Notes under the pieces: generated by a model | The model's database searches: none | The model's input: the letters and a program-made list of their open reading frames with translations, nothing else | Told to the model about the DNA's origin: nothing | Shown: positions 38,545 through 48,457 of the stretch, piece after piece | Numbering within the stretch: position 1 is the first letter of the stretch | Layout of the letters: each line of letters starts with the position of its first letter | Made by a program: the position numbers and the translations under genes | From: Acidobacteriota bacterium | Lineage (GTDB): Bacteria > Acidobacteriota > UBA890 > WLXD01 | Reading direction: 5' to 3' | Length of the DNA stretch: 64,000 nt | Assembly (NCBI GenBank): GCA_963666215.2 | Contig: CAXWPL010000005.1 | Span: 544,001 to 608,000, forward strand

Positions 38545-39588
38545 TGTGAGTTCTAGGTAGGTTGTTCACGAACTCACCCCTGAGAGCCGAGCGATCGGCG
38601 GTGTCATGCCGATGCCGGCGTGGGGACGGTGACGATTGTAGTGGTTGAGCCAGGGCCGTAGAGCTCGAGTACGTCGAGCTGAGGTCTGGTAGCAGGTGCC
38701 GTAGGCCCACTGCTCCTTGAGTGTGCGGATGAAGCGTTCGGCTTTGCCGTTGGTTCTGGGGGTGTAGGGCCGGGTGTAAATGTGCCGGATCTCGAGTTGA
38801 TGGCATAGGCGATTGAAGCGCTTCGAGACGTAGCCAGGCCCGTTGTCTGTCATCACTCGGCGCACCGCTACTCCCATCGAAGCGAAGTGCTCGACGGCTC
38901 GCTGCAGGAACGCTGTGCAGGTGTGTTGGTCTTCGGCGGGCAGCACTTCGACGTACGCCACCCGAGAGTGATCGTCGATAGCGACGTGGGCGTTCTCCCA
39001 GCCGACGCCGTAGGCCCGCTTGGAGCGGTCGCCGTGGATGCGGTGTCCAGGTCGCCGGATACGGGCCAGTTTCTTCGTATCCAGGTGCAGTAGGTCACCG
39101 GGGTGCTCGTACTCGTAGCGAACGATCTCGGGCTTGGGCTCGAGCGCATCAAGCTTGGCGAGTCCGAGCCGCTTCAGCCACGCCGAGACGGTCGAGCGCG
39201 GCACAGCCAACCTTCGGCTGATCTGCCAGGCCGTCAGTCGCCGCCGACGTAGCTTGTCGATCTGCCTCACAACTCCAGCGCTTGTTGCGTGCGGACAGCA
39301 CGTCGGCCGGCTTGATCGATCGAGCAGCCCGGCCTCACCTTCTCGCTCGTATCTATCCAGCCACTTGTAAACCGTTCGAGCCGACACGCCGAGCGCCGCC
39401 GCCGTTTCCGTCACGGGCTCCGCCCGCTCCCGGACTCGGCGGACCATCTCTCGGCGTATATACGGCGTCGTGCGGGCGTTACCATGCAGCTGCATCGGGC
39501 GCTCCTTCTGAGGTCGTGGAGTCTTTTGAACAACCCCATTGATCTCAGAAGTGAGCCCCGATGTGAACAACCTACTTAGAAAACACAC
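38545..39588 (-). mobile_element. IS481-family insertion sequence, copy 2 (1044 bp)
   Basis: Same ends and identical transposase translation as copy 1; flanked by a CTAGA direct repeat. Confidence 0.95.
38566..39495 (-). CDS. IS481-family DDE transposase
   Basis: Protein identical to 21095-22024. Confidence 0.95.
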   Translation of the reverse strand: MQLHGNARTTPYIRREMVRRVRERAEPVTETAAALGVSARTVYKWLDRYEREGEAGLLDRSSRPTCCPHATSAGVVRQIDKLRRRRLTAWQISRRLAVPRSTVSAWLKRLGLAKLDALEPKPEIVRYEYEHPGDLLHLDTKKLARIRRPGHRIHGDRSKRAYGVGWENAHVAIDDHSRVAYVEVLPAEDQHTCTAFLQRAVEHFASMGVAVRRVMTDNGPGYVSKRFNRLCHQLEIRHIYTRPYTPRTNGKAERFIRTLKEQWAYGTCYQTSARRTRALRPWLNHYNRHRPHAGIGMTPPIARLSGVSS

Positions 39589-41550
39589 CTAGAGCGGAGA
39601 GCCCACCGATTGCGCCGGCTGCTCGACCTCGGTACCCAGGAAGCGCAAGACGGCGAAGAGAACACCGGCTCCGGCCAGGAGCGCGATCCACCACGGCACG
39701 CCGAAGCCGGCCGGTAACGATCCGAGCAGCACCGCAACCACGCCCACCAACAGAGCGTAGGGCAGCTGTGTGCGTACGTGATCGACGTGATCGCACCCCG
39801 ACGCCATCGACGACAGGATCGTCGTATCGGAAATCGGCGAGCAGTGATCTCCGAGAACCGCCCCGGCAAGCACGCAGGAAACCGTCGAGTACAGGATGTG
39901 GAAATGCTGCGGCTGCGCCATGCCGTTGGTTTGCAGCACCGCCCAAACCAGCGGCACCACCAGGGGCATCAAGATGCCCATGGTCCCCCAGCTCGAACCC
40001 GTGGCGAAGGCCGTGAGCCCGGCGAGCACGAAGACGATGGAAGGCACGAGTCCCGGGACTAACGAATCGCCGAGCACGGAAACCAGGTAGTCGGCGGTGT
40101 GGAGAACGCCCGACACCGACGACAGCGACCAGGCCAGCACCAGGATGATCATCGCGTAGAACATCGAGCGCGCGCCGGCGTACCAGGCGTCCATGGTTTC
40201 GCTGAGCGTCAGGATTCGCTGCAGACCCGACAGGACAGCAGCCGTTACCGCTCCAAGCAACGATGCCCAGAGCAACGCGGTGTACGAATCCGTGCTGGCG
40301 ACGATGTCACGCAGAGTGTCGCCCTCGCCCGTGACGTAGATACCGCTGAGCACACCAACGATGAGCACAGCGATCGGCAGGACGGCGTTGATGGCACGGT
40401 GCGGCTTGTCGGTCTTGGGATCGAGCTCGCGAGCGTCGGCCGCGCGCTCATCGACGTTGGCGTTTTCGGCCATCACCTGCCCGGTGGTGCGTGCTCGGGT
40501 CTCGGCGGCCAGCATGGGTCCGAAGTCGCGCCCGGTGTTGGCCACTGCAAGCACGAAAAACATCGTCAGCAGAGGGTAGAAGCTGTACGGAATCGAGCTC
40601 AGGAACACCGAATAAGCCGCCATATCGAGCTCGGCGATCTGGCCGATCGCCGCGTCGATCAGGCCGACTTCGTAACCGATCCAGGTCGTGACGAGCGCCA
40701 CGCAGGACACCGGCGCCGCGGTCGAGTCGACGATATAAGCGAGCTTCTCGCGCGATATACGCAGCCTGTCGGTGACCTGCCGCATGGTATTGCCAACCAC
40801 CAGCGTGTTGGCGTAGTCGTCGAAGAAAATCGCCAAGCCCAGCAACGCGGTGGTGGTTTGTCCACGGCGCGGGCTTGTTGCCCATTTCACCATGTGATCA
40901 ACAACGCCCTGCATGCCGCCGTTCTTCGTAATGATCCCGACCATGCCCCCGATCATGAAGGAGAAGAGAATGATCGCCGCGTGGTCGGGATCGGCAAGCG
41001 CCTCGACGACATACACCTGAAACGCCTCGAGCAGCCCCACAAAGATCCCGGTCGGTCCGAAGCCGATCACCGCGACCGAACCAAAGAAAAGCCCGAAGAA
41101 CAGCGCCGGGATGACCTGCCGGAACACCAGCGCGGCGACAATCGCGATGATCGGCGGCACCACCGAGACCCACGCTGGAATCAATCGCGTGGTAGCGCTC
41201 GCCAGCGAGGCCCCTGTATCCGTGAGCTCCAGGACCACCGAGCCCGTTGAGGCGCTCTCGACCCGGGCAACGAGCCCGCCGTCATCGTCTGCCACCACCG
41301 GAAAGCTGCGACCGTCCACGCGGACGCTCAGCGGTATCGCGATGCCCGCCTCGGGAACCTCGACGCCGACGGTGAAAGGAGTGCCGCGCAGCACAACCCG
41401 AGGTGCGTCGAGCGAATACTCCTGAGCCGCGCCAGCAGTTGCGGGCAAAGCCAAGGCCACGAGGGCGAGCGTCGCGGACACGAGCACGGACGTTCTCGAG
41501 GCTGCTTCTGACACGGCAAACCCGGCGAAGACCTTGCGGATGCGAAACAA
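39589..41550 (-). CDS. NhaC-family Na+/H+ antiporter-like transporter with N-terminal exported domain
   Basis: IFFDDYAN, SREKLAYIVDSTAAP, FATGSSWGTM, GDHCSPISDTTILSS, HVRTQLPYA. Confidence 0.92.
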   Translation of the reverse strand: MFRIRKVFAGFAVSEAASRTSVLVSATLALVALALPATAGAAQEYSLDAPRVVLRGTPFTVGVEVPEAGIAIPLSVRVDGRSFPVVADDDGGLVARVESASTGSVVLELTDTGASLASATTRLIPAWVSVVPPIIAIVAALVFRQVIPALFFGLFFGSVAVIGFGPTGIFVGLLEAFQVYVVEALADPDHAAIILFSFMIGGMVGIITKNGGMQGVVDHMVKWATSPRRGQTTTALLGLAIFFDDYANTLVVGNTMRQVTDRLRISREKLAYIVDSTAAPVSCVALVTTWIGYEVGLIDAAIGQIAELDMAAYSVFLSSIPYSFYPLLTMFFVLAVANTGRDFGPMLAAETRARTTGQVMAENANVDERAADARELDPKTDKPHRAINAVLPIAVLIVGVLSGIYVTGEGDTLRDIVASTDSYTALLWASLLGAVTAAVLSGLQRILTLSETMDAWYAGARSMFYAMIILVLAWSLSSVSGVLHTADYLVSVLGDSLVPGLVPSIVFVLAGLTAFATGSSWGTMGILMPLVVPLVWAVLQTNGMAQPQHFHILYSTVSCVLAGAVLGDHCSPISDTTILSSMASGCDHVDHVRTQLPYALLVGVVAVLLGSLPAGFGVPWWIALLAGAGVLFAVLRFLGTEVEQPAQSVGSPL

Positions 41551-41612
41551 ATCGTCCGCCGACTATATTCGCCGCACCCCGCCCTGCGCTAACCGAGCGC
41601 TACCCGGACTCG

Positions 41613-42218
41613 CTAGAAGCTGAAGACCAGCCCGGCCGAAACCTCGAGATTGTGCAGCCTGATGTCCTCTTCGATGAACAATAGCTCGGCGAATTCCGGC
41701 ACCATATCAGCGATATTCAGCGGCGTGATGTGGTCGCGCACGTCGATCCGCAGCCCCAGCGTACCCACCCCGAACTTCACTCCAGCGCCATAGTTGTAGC
41801 CTACGGTCCGATAGGGCGAGATGCCGGCGAGCTCGAGATCGATCTGATGAATACCGATCCCCGCGGTAATGAACGGCGAGACCGGCCCCGGAAACATCTG
41901 GATGAGAGCGTTGGCCTCGGCGTAGACCACCTTGGCGTTGAAGGCCAACGGCGTGTCGGGAAAGAGCGACGTGGGCGAGTAGACGAGGCTGCCCTCGACA
42001 TTGAGTGGAAACGCCGGCAGGCTCAATCGCGCTCCGTAGAAGGTGGCGTTGGCGAACTCGCCGGAGCCGACCTCGGGGACGAACGGCACCCGATCGATGA
42101 AGCGGTCGCCGATGAAGCGACCGAGCACAACTGTCACTTCCTGTGCGTGAGCGGCGGGAGCCAACCACAAAATCGTGGCGATGGCTGCCAGGATGACGGG
42201 TCGAGCGTAACTACGCAT
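41613..42218 (-). CDS. Outer-membrane beta-barrel protein
   Basis: Signal AHA|Q, alternating beta strands (SPFITAGIG, YNYGAGVKF), C-terminal Phe. Confidence 0.85.
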   Translation of the reverse strand: MRSYARPVILAAIATILWLAPAAHAQEVTVVLGRFIGDRFIDRVPFVPEVGSGEFANATFYGARLSLPAFPLNVEGSLVYSPTSLFPDTPLAFNAKVVYAEANALIQMFPGPVSPFITAGIGIHQIDLELAGISPYRTVGYNYGAGVKFGVGTLGLRIDVRDHITPLNIADMVPEFAELLFIEEDIRLHNLEVSAGLVFSF

Positions 42219-42394
42219 GGTGTGTCCTCGTCTGTTCGCCTTTGACGAACGCTCATTACGAGTGGACCAGAGGGATCCTGGCGTGCGCCCGACGGTCAGC
42301 GGCGGCCGCTAGTGCTGCTATTGTGGACAACCGCAGGCCTTTCGCGCTATCCCTTTCTCGTGCCTACCGCGAACTACTCGGAGTCGTAGCCGTT

Positions 42395-43774
42395 GTGACC
42401 GACATCCCCGCCGCGCTCGCTCAGGGCCTCGAGCAGTCGCTCGGAGAGCGCTTCACAACCAAGACCGCGGTTCGCGACCACCACGCCACCGGCGAGGGCT
42501 GGTTCGAGCCAGCGCCGCCGGGCGCCGTCTGCTTTCCCGAAACCAATGACGAGGCGGCGCAGATCGCGCGGCTGTGCTCGGAGCACCGAGTGCCGATGAT
42601 TCCGTTCGGCGCGGGCACGTCGCTGGAGGGTCATGTGACGGCGCCACACGGTGGGGTGACGATCGACCTGACGCGCATGAACGCGATCCTCGAGATCAAC
42701 GCCGAAGACCTCGACTGCCGCGTGCAGGCCGGCGTGACCCGCACGCAGCTCGAGGAGCGCCTGCGCTTCGAGGGCCTGTTCTTTCCGGTCGACCCGGGGG
42801 CCGACGCCACCTTCGGCGGCATGGTCGGCACTGGCGCGTCCGGTACCACCACGGTGCGCTACGGCACGATGCGCGACAACGTGCTCGGCCTCACGGTGGT
42901 GCTCGCCGACGGCAGGACGATCCGCACCGGCGGCCGCGCCCGCAAGTCGTCGGCCGGCTACGACCTGACCCGCCTGCTCGTAGGCTCCGAAGGTACCCTG
43001 GGGCTCGTCACAGAGATCCAGATTCGTCTCTACGGAGTCCCCGAAGCTATCTCTGCCGCCGTCTGCCAGTACCCCACAGTCGCTGCCGCCACTCGGACAG
43101 TGATCGCGGCGATCCAGTCGGGGATCCCACTGGCGCGTTGCGAGCTGCTCGACGACGTGGGCATGGACTCGTGCATCCGCCACTCGAAGCTCGAGGGCTA
43201 CAGCGCGCTCCCCACCGTTTTCTACGAGTTCCACGGCTCCCCGACCGCGGTGCAAGAACAAACACAGCAGGTCGGTGAGATCTCTGACGCCGAGGGCGGC
43301 GGCGAGTTCCGTTGGGCCACGCTCACCGAGGAACGCAGCGCGCTGTGGAAGGCCCGCCACGACATCTATTTCGCCGGCCTCGCCCTCGCACCCGGCAAGC
43401 TCGGCATGGCCACCGACGTCTGCGTGCCCATCTCGACGCTCGCCGAGTGCATCGACGACACCAAGCGGGATGTTGTCGAAGCAGGTTTGGTGGCCCCGCT
43501 CGTCGGCCACATCGGCGACGGTAACTTCCACCTGCTGATCCTCTGCGACCCGGCGGATGATGACGAAGTGGCGCGAACCGAGCACGTGAACGTGCGGCTG
43601 GTGCGGCGAGCGCTGGCGCTCGGCGGCACATGCACCGGCGAGCACGGCATCGGCATCGGCAAGCGCGGCTACTTGGAGATGGAGCACGGTGAGGCGGTCG
43701 ACGTCATGCGACAGATCAAGCAGGCGCTCGATCCGCAAGGCATCATGAATCCTGGCAAGATCTTTCGCAGCTGA
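42395..43774 (+). CDS. FAD-linked oxidase, D-lactate dehydrogenase/GlcD family
   Basis: PFGAGTSLEG, FFPVDPGADA, KSSAGYDL, GSEGTLG, GHIGDGNFH, GEHGIG, MNPGK. GTG 42395 is the likely start. Confidence 0.92.
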   Translation: MTDIPAALAQGLEQSLGERFTTKTAVRDHHATGEGWFEPAPPGAVCFPETNDEAAQIARLCSEHRVPMIPFGAGTSLEGHVTAPHGGVTIDLTRMNAILEINAEDLDCRVQAGVTRTQLEERLRFEGLFFPVDPGADATFGGMVGTGASGTTTVRYGTMRDNVLGLTVVLADGRTIRTGGRARKSSAGYDLTRLLVGSEGTLGLVTEIQIRLYGVPEAISAAVCQYPTVAAATRTVIAAIQSGIPLARCELLDDVGMDSCIRHSKLEGYSALPTVFYEFHGSPTAVQEQTQQVGEISDAEGGGEFRWATLTEERSALWKARHDIYFAGLALAPGKLGMATDVCVPISTLAECIDDTKRDVVEAGLVAPLVGHIGDGNFHLLILCDPADDDEVARTEHVNVRLVRRALALGGTCTGEHGIGIGKRGYLEMEHGEAVDVMRQIKQALDPQGIMNPGKIFRS

Positions 43775-43805
43775 GCCAAGTCTGGCAAGACCCCGCGAGA
43801 AACCG

Positions 43806-45089
43806 ATGCCGCGACGGCGATCGATCTCGATCCTGACCCTTGTTGCCACGTTGCAACTCGCCTGCGGGGCGGGCGACGCCAACGCTCCCATCGCCGCCGC
43901 GCCCGAAGTCGTGGTCGAAACCGAAGGCACCACCACGCGGGTCAACAACGTCTCGGGCTCTGTCTGGGGAAACCGCGGCGCCCGTCTGGAGCAGGAGCTC
44001 TCGATCGGCGTCGAGGAGGGTGCCGACGCCTACATGTTCGGCGACATCAGCAGCGTGGCGATGGTCGGCGACGACATCCTGGTTCTCGATCAGCAGGCAG
44101 CCACGGTCCGCCGATATGGCCCCGACGGCCGCCACGTGGGGAACATCGGCCGCGAGGGCCAGGGGCCGAGTGAGTTCGACGAGCTTCAGACCATGGCCAC
44201 CGGCCCGGAGGGCCGCATCTACGTACGCGACGCCGGCCGCATCCACGTTTTCGACAGCGACGGCGAGCTGCTCGAGACTCTCTCGACGGCGACGGGGTTC
44301 TCGACCAGCACGCCCATCGTCGTCACCGACGATGGCACCGTGTACTACTCCGACCTGCTCAACCAGGGCGAGGACGTCAGCGACTGGAAGATGGGGCTGA
44401 TCGGAATCGCGCCGGACGGCTCGGTGGGTGACCCGATCGAAGGTCCGCAGCGAAAGGAGTCCCAACCGGAGGGTTTTGTCGAGCTGCGTCTCGAGGGCAT
44501 GATTTCGCGCAACGGGGTGCCGTTCTGGCCGTCCTCCTCGTGGCAGCTCACGTCGATGGGCGACACACTGTCGGGTTTCAACGCCACCTACGACTTCGTG
44601 ATCGAGCGTAGCGACGGATCGCGCCTCGAGATCTCGCGCTGGTGGGAGCCGATCGCCGTCGATCCGGATGAGGCGCTCTGGCGACGCCGCAACATCACGC
44701 GCAATTATCGCTCTCAGCACCCGACCTGGACGTGGAACGGCCCCGAGATTCCGTTGCAACGCCCGGCGTTCGATCAACTGCTGGCGGCGCGCGACGGGCG
44801 CATCTGGGTGGCGCGTGTCATCGCTGAGCCCGAGCGGCTCGTCGACTGCGACCCCAACCTGCTCGAGGTCGAGGAGGGACTCCGGGCGGAGAGCTGCTGG
44901 CGCACCCGCGACGGCTTCGACGTTTTCCGCGCCGACGGCCACTACCTGGGTGAGGTCGCGCTCCCCGAGGGGTTGAGGATGTATCCGTACCCCACGATCA
45001 ACGGGGACGTCCTCGTTGGGGTGGCGCAGGATGAACTCGGCACGGCCTACGTGCGTCGGTACAGGTTGGTCACCGAGGCCGAGAGCTAG
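43806..45089 (+). CDS. 6-bladed beta-propeller lipoprotein
   Basis: Lipobox LQLA|C; IGREGQGPSEF; GRIWV; FDVFRADGHYLG. Confidence 0.85.
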   Translation: MPRRRSISILTLVATLQLACGAGDANAPIAAAPEVVVETEGTTTRVNNVSGSVWGNRGARLEQELSIGVEEGADAYMFGDISSVAMVGDDILVLDQQAATVRRYGPDGRHVGNIGREGQGPSEFDELQTMATGPEGRIYVRDAGRIHVFDSDGELLETLSTATGFSTSTPIVVTDDGTVYYSDLLNQGEDVSDWKMGLIGIAPDGSVGDPIEGPQRKESQPEGFVELRLEGMISRNGVPFWPSSSWQLTSMGDTLSGFNATYDFVIERSDGSRLEISRWWEPIAVDPDEALWRRRNITRNYRSQHPTWTWNGPEIPLQRPAFDQLLAARDGRIWVARVIAEPERLVDCDPNLLEVEEGLRAESCWRTRDGFDVFRADGHYLGEVALPEGLRMYPYPTINGDVLVGVAQDELGTAYVRRYRLVTEAES

Positions 45090-45104
45090 GCTTCCCCGCC
45101 GGCG

Positions 45105-47888
45105 CTAGCGATCCGGCCGCAGCGAGAGCATCGGATCCACACGTGTGGCTCGGCGGGCCGGCACCCACACCGCCAGCATCGCCACCGAAAGCAGCAAGCT
45201 CGAAACCACGACAAGGGTCAGTGGGTCCGAGCTGCTGATGCCGAAAACCAGGCTGTCGAGGAAGCGCGCCAGATAGAGCGCGCCGGCCAGGCCGATCGCC
45301 ACGCCGCTGAGCGCGGTTGCCAGGCCCTGCCGCAAGACCAGACCGCGCACGCTCGCGGGCTCGGCGCCCAGCGCCAGGCGCACGCCGATCTCGTGCGTGC
45401 GGCAAACAACCGAGTAGGCCATGACGCCGTAGATGCCGATTGCGGTCAGGCCGAGTGCGGCCAGAGCGAAAATGCCGAGAAGCTGGGCAAGGAACCTGCG
45501 TGGACCCACGGAGTCGTCGAGAAGGCCCTGCAGCGTGGATATTCGCTCCAGCGGCAGCTCGGGATCGAGCTCGCCGACGATGTCGCGAACCGCCGGCACG
45601 ATGGCCATCGGGTCGCCCGCCACGCGTGCAACCAGGGTCATCTCCTGCATCGGCTTCTGAGAGTGAGGAAAGTACATCGCGATCGCCGAGCCCCGCTCGA
45701 GGCCGCGGAACTTGACGTCCGCCACAACACCGACGATCTCGAACTCCGATGGGTACTCGTCGCCGAACCAGCTTTCGTGCCAGAGCGCCACGCCAATGGG
45801 ATCCGTGTTCGGAGCGTCCCGAAACAGTGCGTTGGCGAAGGCCTCATTGATGATCACGGCTCCTGAGCCCGAGCTGCCGTCGGCCGGGGTGAACGTGCGG
45901 CCGCGTGTGAGCTCAATGCCGACGCTCTCGAAGTAGCCCGGAGTCACAGGCCGAAAATTTGCCTCCGGCCCAGCGCCAGGGGGGAAAGGATCGCGGTCGC
46001 CGAGCTCGAAGCTGGTTGTCCAGCCCGGATTCACCGGATGGCTGTAGGCGGCGCTGGCGACGGCTACGCCGGGCAGGCCTCGGACTCGCTCGGTGAGCCG
46101 CTCATAAAACTCGACAACAGCCGAAGGTTCGGGATACCGCGGTAGTGGCAACCCCAGATCGACGGTGAGCACACCCTCGCTGGCGTAACCGGGCTCGACA
46201 CTCGCAACCCGCCAAAAACTATTCACCAGCAACCCGGCCCCAACCACCAGGACGAGCGCGAGCGCCACCTCTGCCACCACCAGGAGGGTTCGCAGGCGAC
46301 GCGTGCGCGCGGCCCCGGTAGAGGCCCGCCCTTGGCCACGCAGACGGTCTGCCACATCGACGCGAGAGAGCTTCAGCGCTGGCAGCAGGCCGAAGAGGCC
46401 GCCGGTAAGCAACGAGATCATGAGTAGAAACGCGAGCGTGGTGAGGTCGACACGAGCTTCGATCAATCGCGGCACGTCGCTCCCAGCGGCAGCGACGATC
46501 GCGCGCAGCGCAACAACCGAAAGCAACGCGCCGGCCGCCCCTCCCACCAACGCCAAGATCGTGCTCTCGAGTACGAGCTGGCGGATCAGCCGCCCACGGC
46601 CCGCGCCGATCGCCGCCCGAATGGAAAGCTCCTGATCGCGATCCGCTCCTCGAACCAGAAGCAGGTTGGCGAAGTTCGCGCAAGCAATCAGCAGAACAAA
46701 GCCCACGGCGCCGAACAACAGGAGCAGAACGGGCCGCACCTCGCCGAAGAGATAGGTGTACACGGGCATGACCCAGGCGTCGCGGTCGGAGTTGAACCGC
46801 GGGTACTCGACGGCAAGCTGCCCCGCGATCGACGAGACGTCCTGTTGCGCGAGCTCCTCCGTGATCTCCCCACGCAGCCGACCCATCATCCGCATGCCGT
46901 GCATGCCGCGCGACGGAGATTCCCCGTCGGAGGTCAACTGGCGCGTCAGGCTCACCCAGATCTCGACGTCCTCGGGAAACCGGAAACCGTCCGGCATCAC
47001 GCCGACAACAGTGTGCGGCACGCCGTCAACGCGAATCTGGGCACCGACAACACCTGGATCACTGCCGTAGCGGCTGCGCCAAATTGCGCTCCCCAGCATC
47101 ACCACAGGCTCGCCGTCGGCGACGTCCTCGGCAAGCAGGATGACGCGCCCGCGTTTCGCCTCGACGCCGATCAGCTCGAACAGATTGGCCGTGACGTAGC
47201 CGATCTTGACCCGCTGCGGCTCCGCCGCATCACCTGTGAGATGGCCGCCCAGCGAGCGCCAAAGTGCGATGTCCTCGAACGACTCGTTGCGCTCCAGGAA
47301 GTCGAGGTAATCGGGAAACGACGCCCACGCGGCTCCTGCGCCGGTGGTCGCGTCGCGACCCCAGATCATCATCAGGCCTGCCGGATCGTGCAGCGTCAGC
47401 GGCCGCAGCAGCACCGTGTTGACGACGCTGAAAATCGTCGTGTTGGCGCCAATGCCGATCGCCAATGTGAGAGCGGCGATGAGTGTGAAGGCTGGTCGTT
47501 TGATCAACGAGCGTACCGAGTATCGGAGTTCCTGAAGCATGGCGTCGAAGCTCCAACTCCGCGTCCACGTGGACGCGGCATGGGGAAGAGTTCCTAGGGT
47601 GCGCAGCAGGAGCGCGATGGCCGTGTTGGCGTTCCATGCCGACATCGAGGAGAGCGCGGCTCGGCGATGCCACAGCTCCGCCAGCCACTCCTCGCGCCAC
47701 TCCTGCCGTCGCTGAGGGCGAGCCAGCCAAGCCGCCAGCCGAACCGCCCGCGTCGCCGCTGCGTAGATCAGCTCCGCCGATCCTGAGGGACCCCGGTGGG
47801 ATGCCGCCACGCCCGCGCCGGTGAGCTGCGGCTCGTGCTCAGGCGGCGGCGCTCCCATCCCGTCCTGCCGCGTCACGAACCCTGTCAT
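45105..47888 (-). CDS. ADOP-type duplicated ABC permease (MacB/FtsX domains)
   Basis: ELRYSVRSL, LAIGIGANTTIFSVV, LLIACANFANL, ELSIRAAIGA, EIGVRLALGA, PARRATRVDP; N-terminal WREEWLAEL prefix. Confidence 0.93.
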   Translation of the reverse strand: MTGFVTRQDGMGAPPPEHEPQLTGAGVAASHRGPSGSAELIYAAATRAVRLAAWLARPQRRQEWREEWLAELWHRRAALSSMSAWNANTAIALLLRTLGTLPHAASTWTRSWSFDAMLQELRYSVRSLIKRPAFTLIAALTLAIGIGANTTIFSVVNTVLLRPLTLHDPAGLMMIWGRDATTGAGAAWASFPDYLDFLERNESFEDIALWRSLGGHLTGDAAEPQRVKIGYVTANLFELIGVEAKRGRVILLAEDVADGEPVVMLGSAIWRSRYGSDPGVVGAQIRVDGVPHTVVGVMPDGFRFPEDVEIWVSLTRQLTSDGESPSRGMHGMRMMGRLRGEITEELAQQDVSSIAGQLAVEYPRFNSDRDAWVMPVYTYLFGEVRPVLLLLFGAVGFVLLIACANFANLLLVRGADRDQELSIRAAIGAGRGRLIRQLVLESTILALVGGAAGALLSVVALRAIVAAAGSDVPRLIEARVDLTTLAFLLMISLLTGGLFGLLPALKLSRVDVADRLRGQGRASTGAARTRRLRTLLVVAEVALALVLVVGAGLLVNSFWRVASVEPGYASEGVLTVDLGLPLPRYPEPSAVVEFYERLTERVRGLPGVAVASAAYSHPVNPGWTTSFELGDRDPFPPGAGPEANFRPVTPGYFESVGIELTRGRTFTPADGSSGSGAVIINEAFANALFRDAPNTDPIGVALWHESWFGDEYPSEFEIVGVVADVKFRGLERGSAIAMYFPHSQKPMQEMTLVARVAGDPMAIVPAVRDIVGELDPELPLERISTLQGLLDDSVGPRRFLAQLLGIFALAALGLTAIGIYGVMAYSVVCRTHEIGVRLALGAEPASVRGLVLRQGLATALSGVAIGLAGALYLARFLDSLVFGISSSDPLTLVVVSSLLLSVAMLAVWVPARRATRVDPMLSLRPDR

Positions 47889-48265
47889 CGGGAAGCATCC
47901 GCAGGCTCCAGAGCCGCCGCCAGGCCGTCGGCAGTGCCGTCGTCGTCGGTGGATGCGACCGTCGATGGCGAGAGGCCCAACTTAGCGAGCGCCTGGTGCA
48001 TCGCCGTCCGTCCCCGAGGGGTCAAGACGTAGTAGCGCCGCCGTGGCCGGCCGGCGTCGCCGGCATCGTCGACCGACTCCCAACTCGATGCGACGTAGCC
48101 ATCCCGTTCGAGCCGACCCAGGCAGGGGTAGACCGTGCCACTGGCCAAACCGGTGACATCCATCAGGTCGAAGCCGTAGCGGCTACCGTTCTCGAGCGCG
48201 CGCAGCAGCTGCAACGTTGTCACCCCCAGACGGCGTCGCCTTCCGAGACTTGCCATCGTGCCCAT
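47885..48265 (-). CDS. PadR-family transcriptional regulator
   Basis: YGFDL...SGTVYPCLGRLERDG...RPRRRYYVLT. ATG 48265 with GGAGG RBS; overlaps the permease start. Confidence 0.92.
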   Translation of the reverse strand: MGTMASLGRRRRLGVTTLQLLRALENGSRYGFDLMDVTGLASGTVYPCLGRLERDGYVASSWESVDDAGDAGRPRRRYYVLTPRGRTAMHQALAKLGLSPSTVASTDDDGTADGLAAALEPADASR

Positions 48266-48330
48266 CCCCGTCCTCCGTCGGCCAGATTCTGACGAGCACG
48301 AGCGCGTCCTGACGACGATCTCGCCTCGGT

Positions 48331-48363
48331 TATGTAGCACTAACTATGTAGCACTAACTACAT
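48331..48363. promoter_or_regulatory. Probable PadR operator (14-bp direct repeat plus dyad)
   Basis: TATGTAGCACTAAC x2 then TACAT; contains ATGTAG-N6-CTACAT at 48346-48363, upstream of padR. Confidence 0.65.
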
Positions 48364-48457
48364 GCGCGCAAGTACCCTCGCCGCCACACTTTCGTCACCG
48401 GCTTCAACAGCTGCTAGCGCTGCGCCAGTACGCTCGCGATCAGTTTCAACTCAGCTG

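Noticed and set aside
21074-39588. Composite transposon formed by the two IS481 copies
   Set aside because: Each copy has its own matching duplication (CTAGT and CTAGA), which indicates independent insertions.
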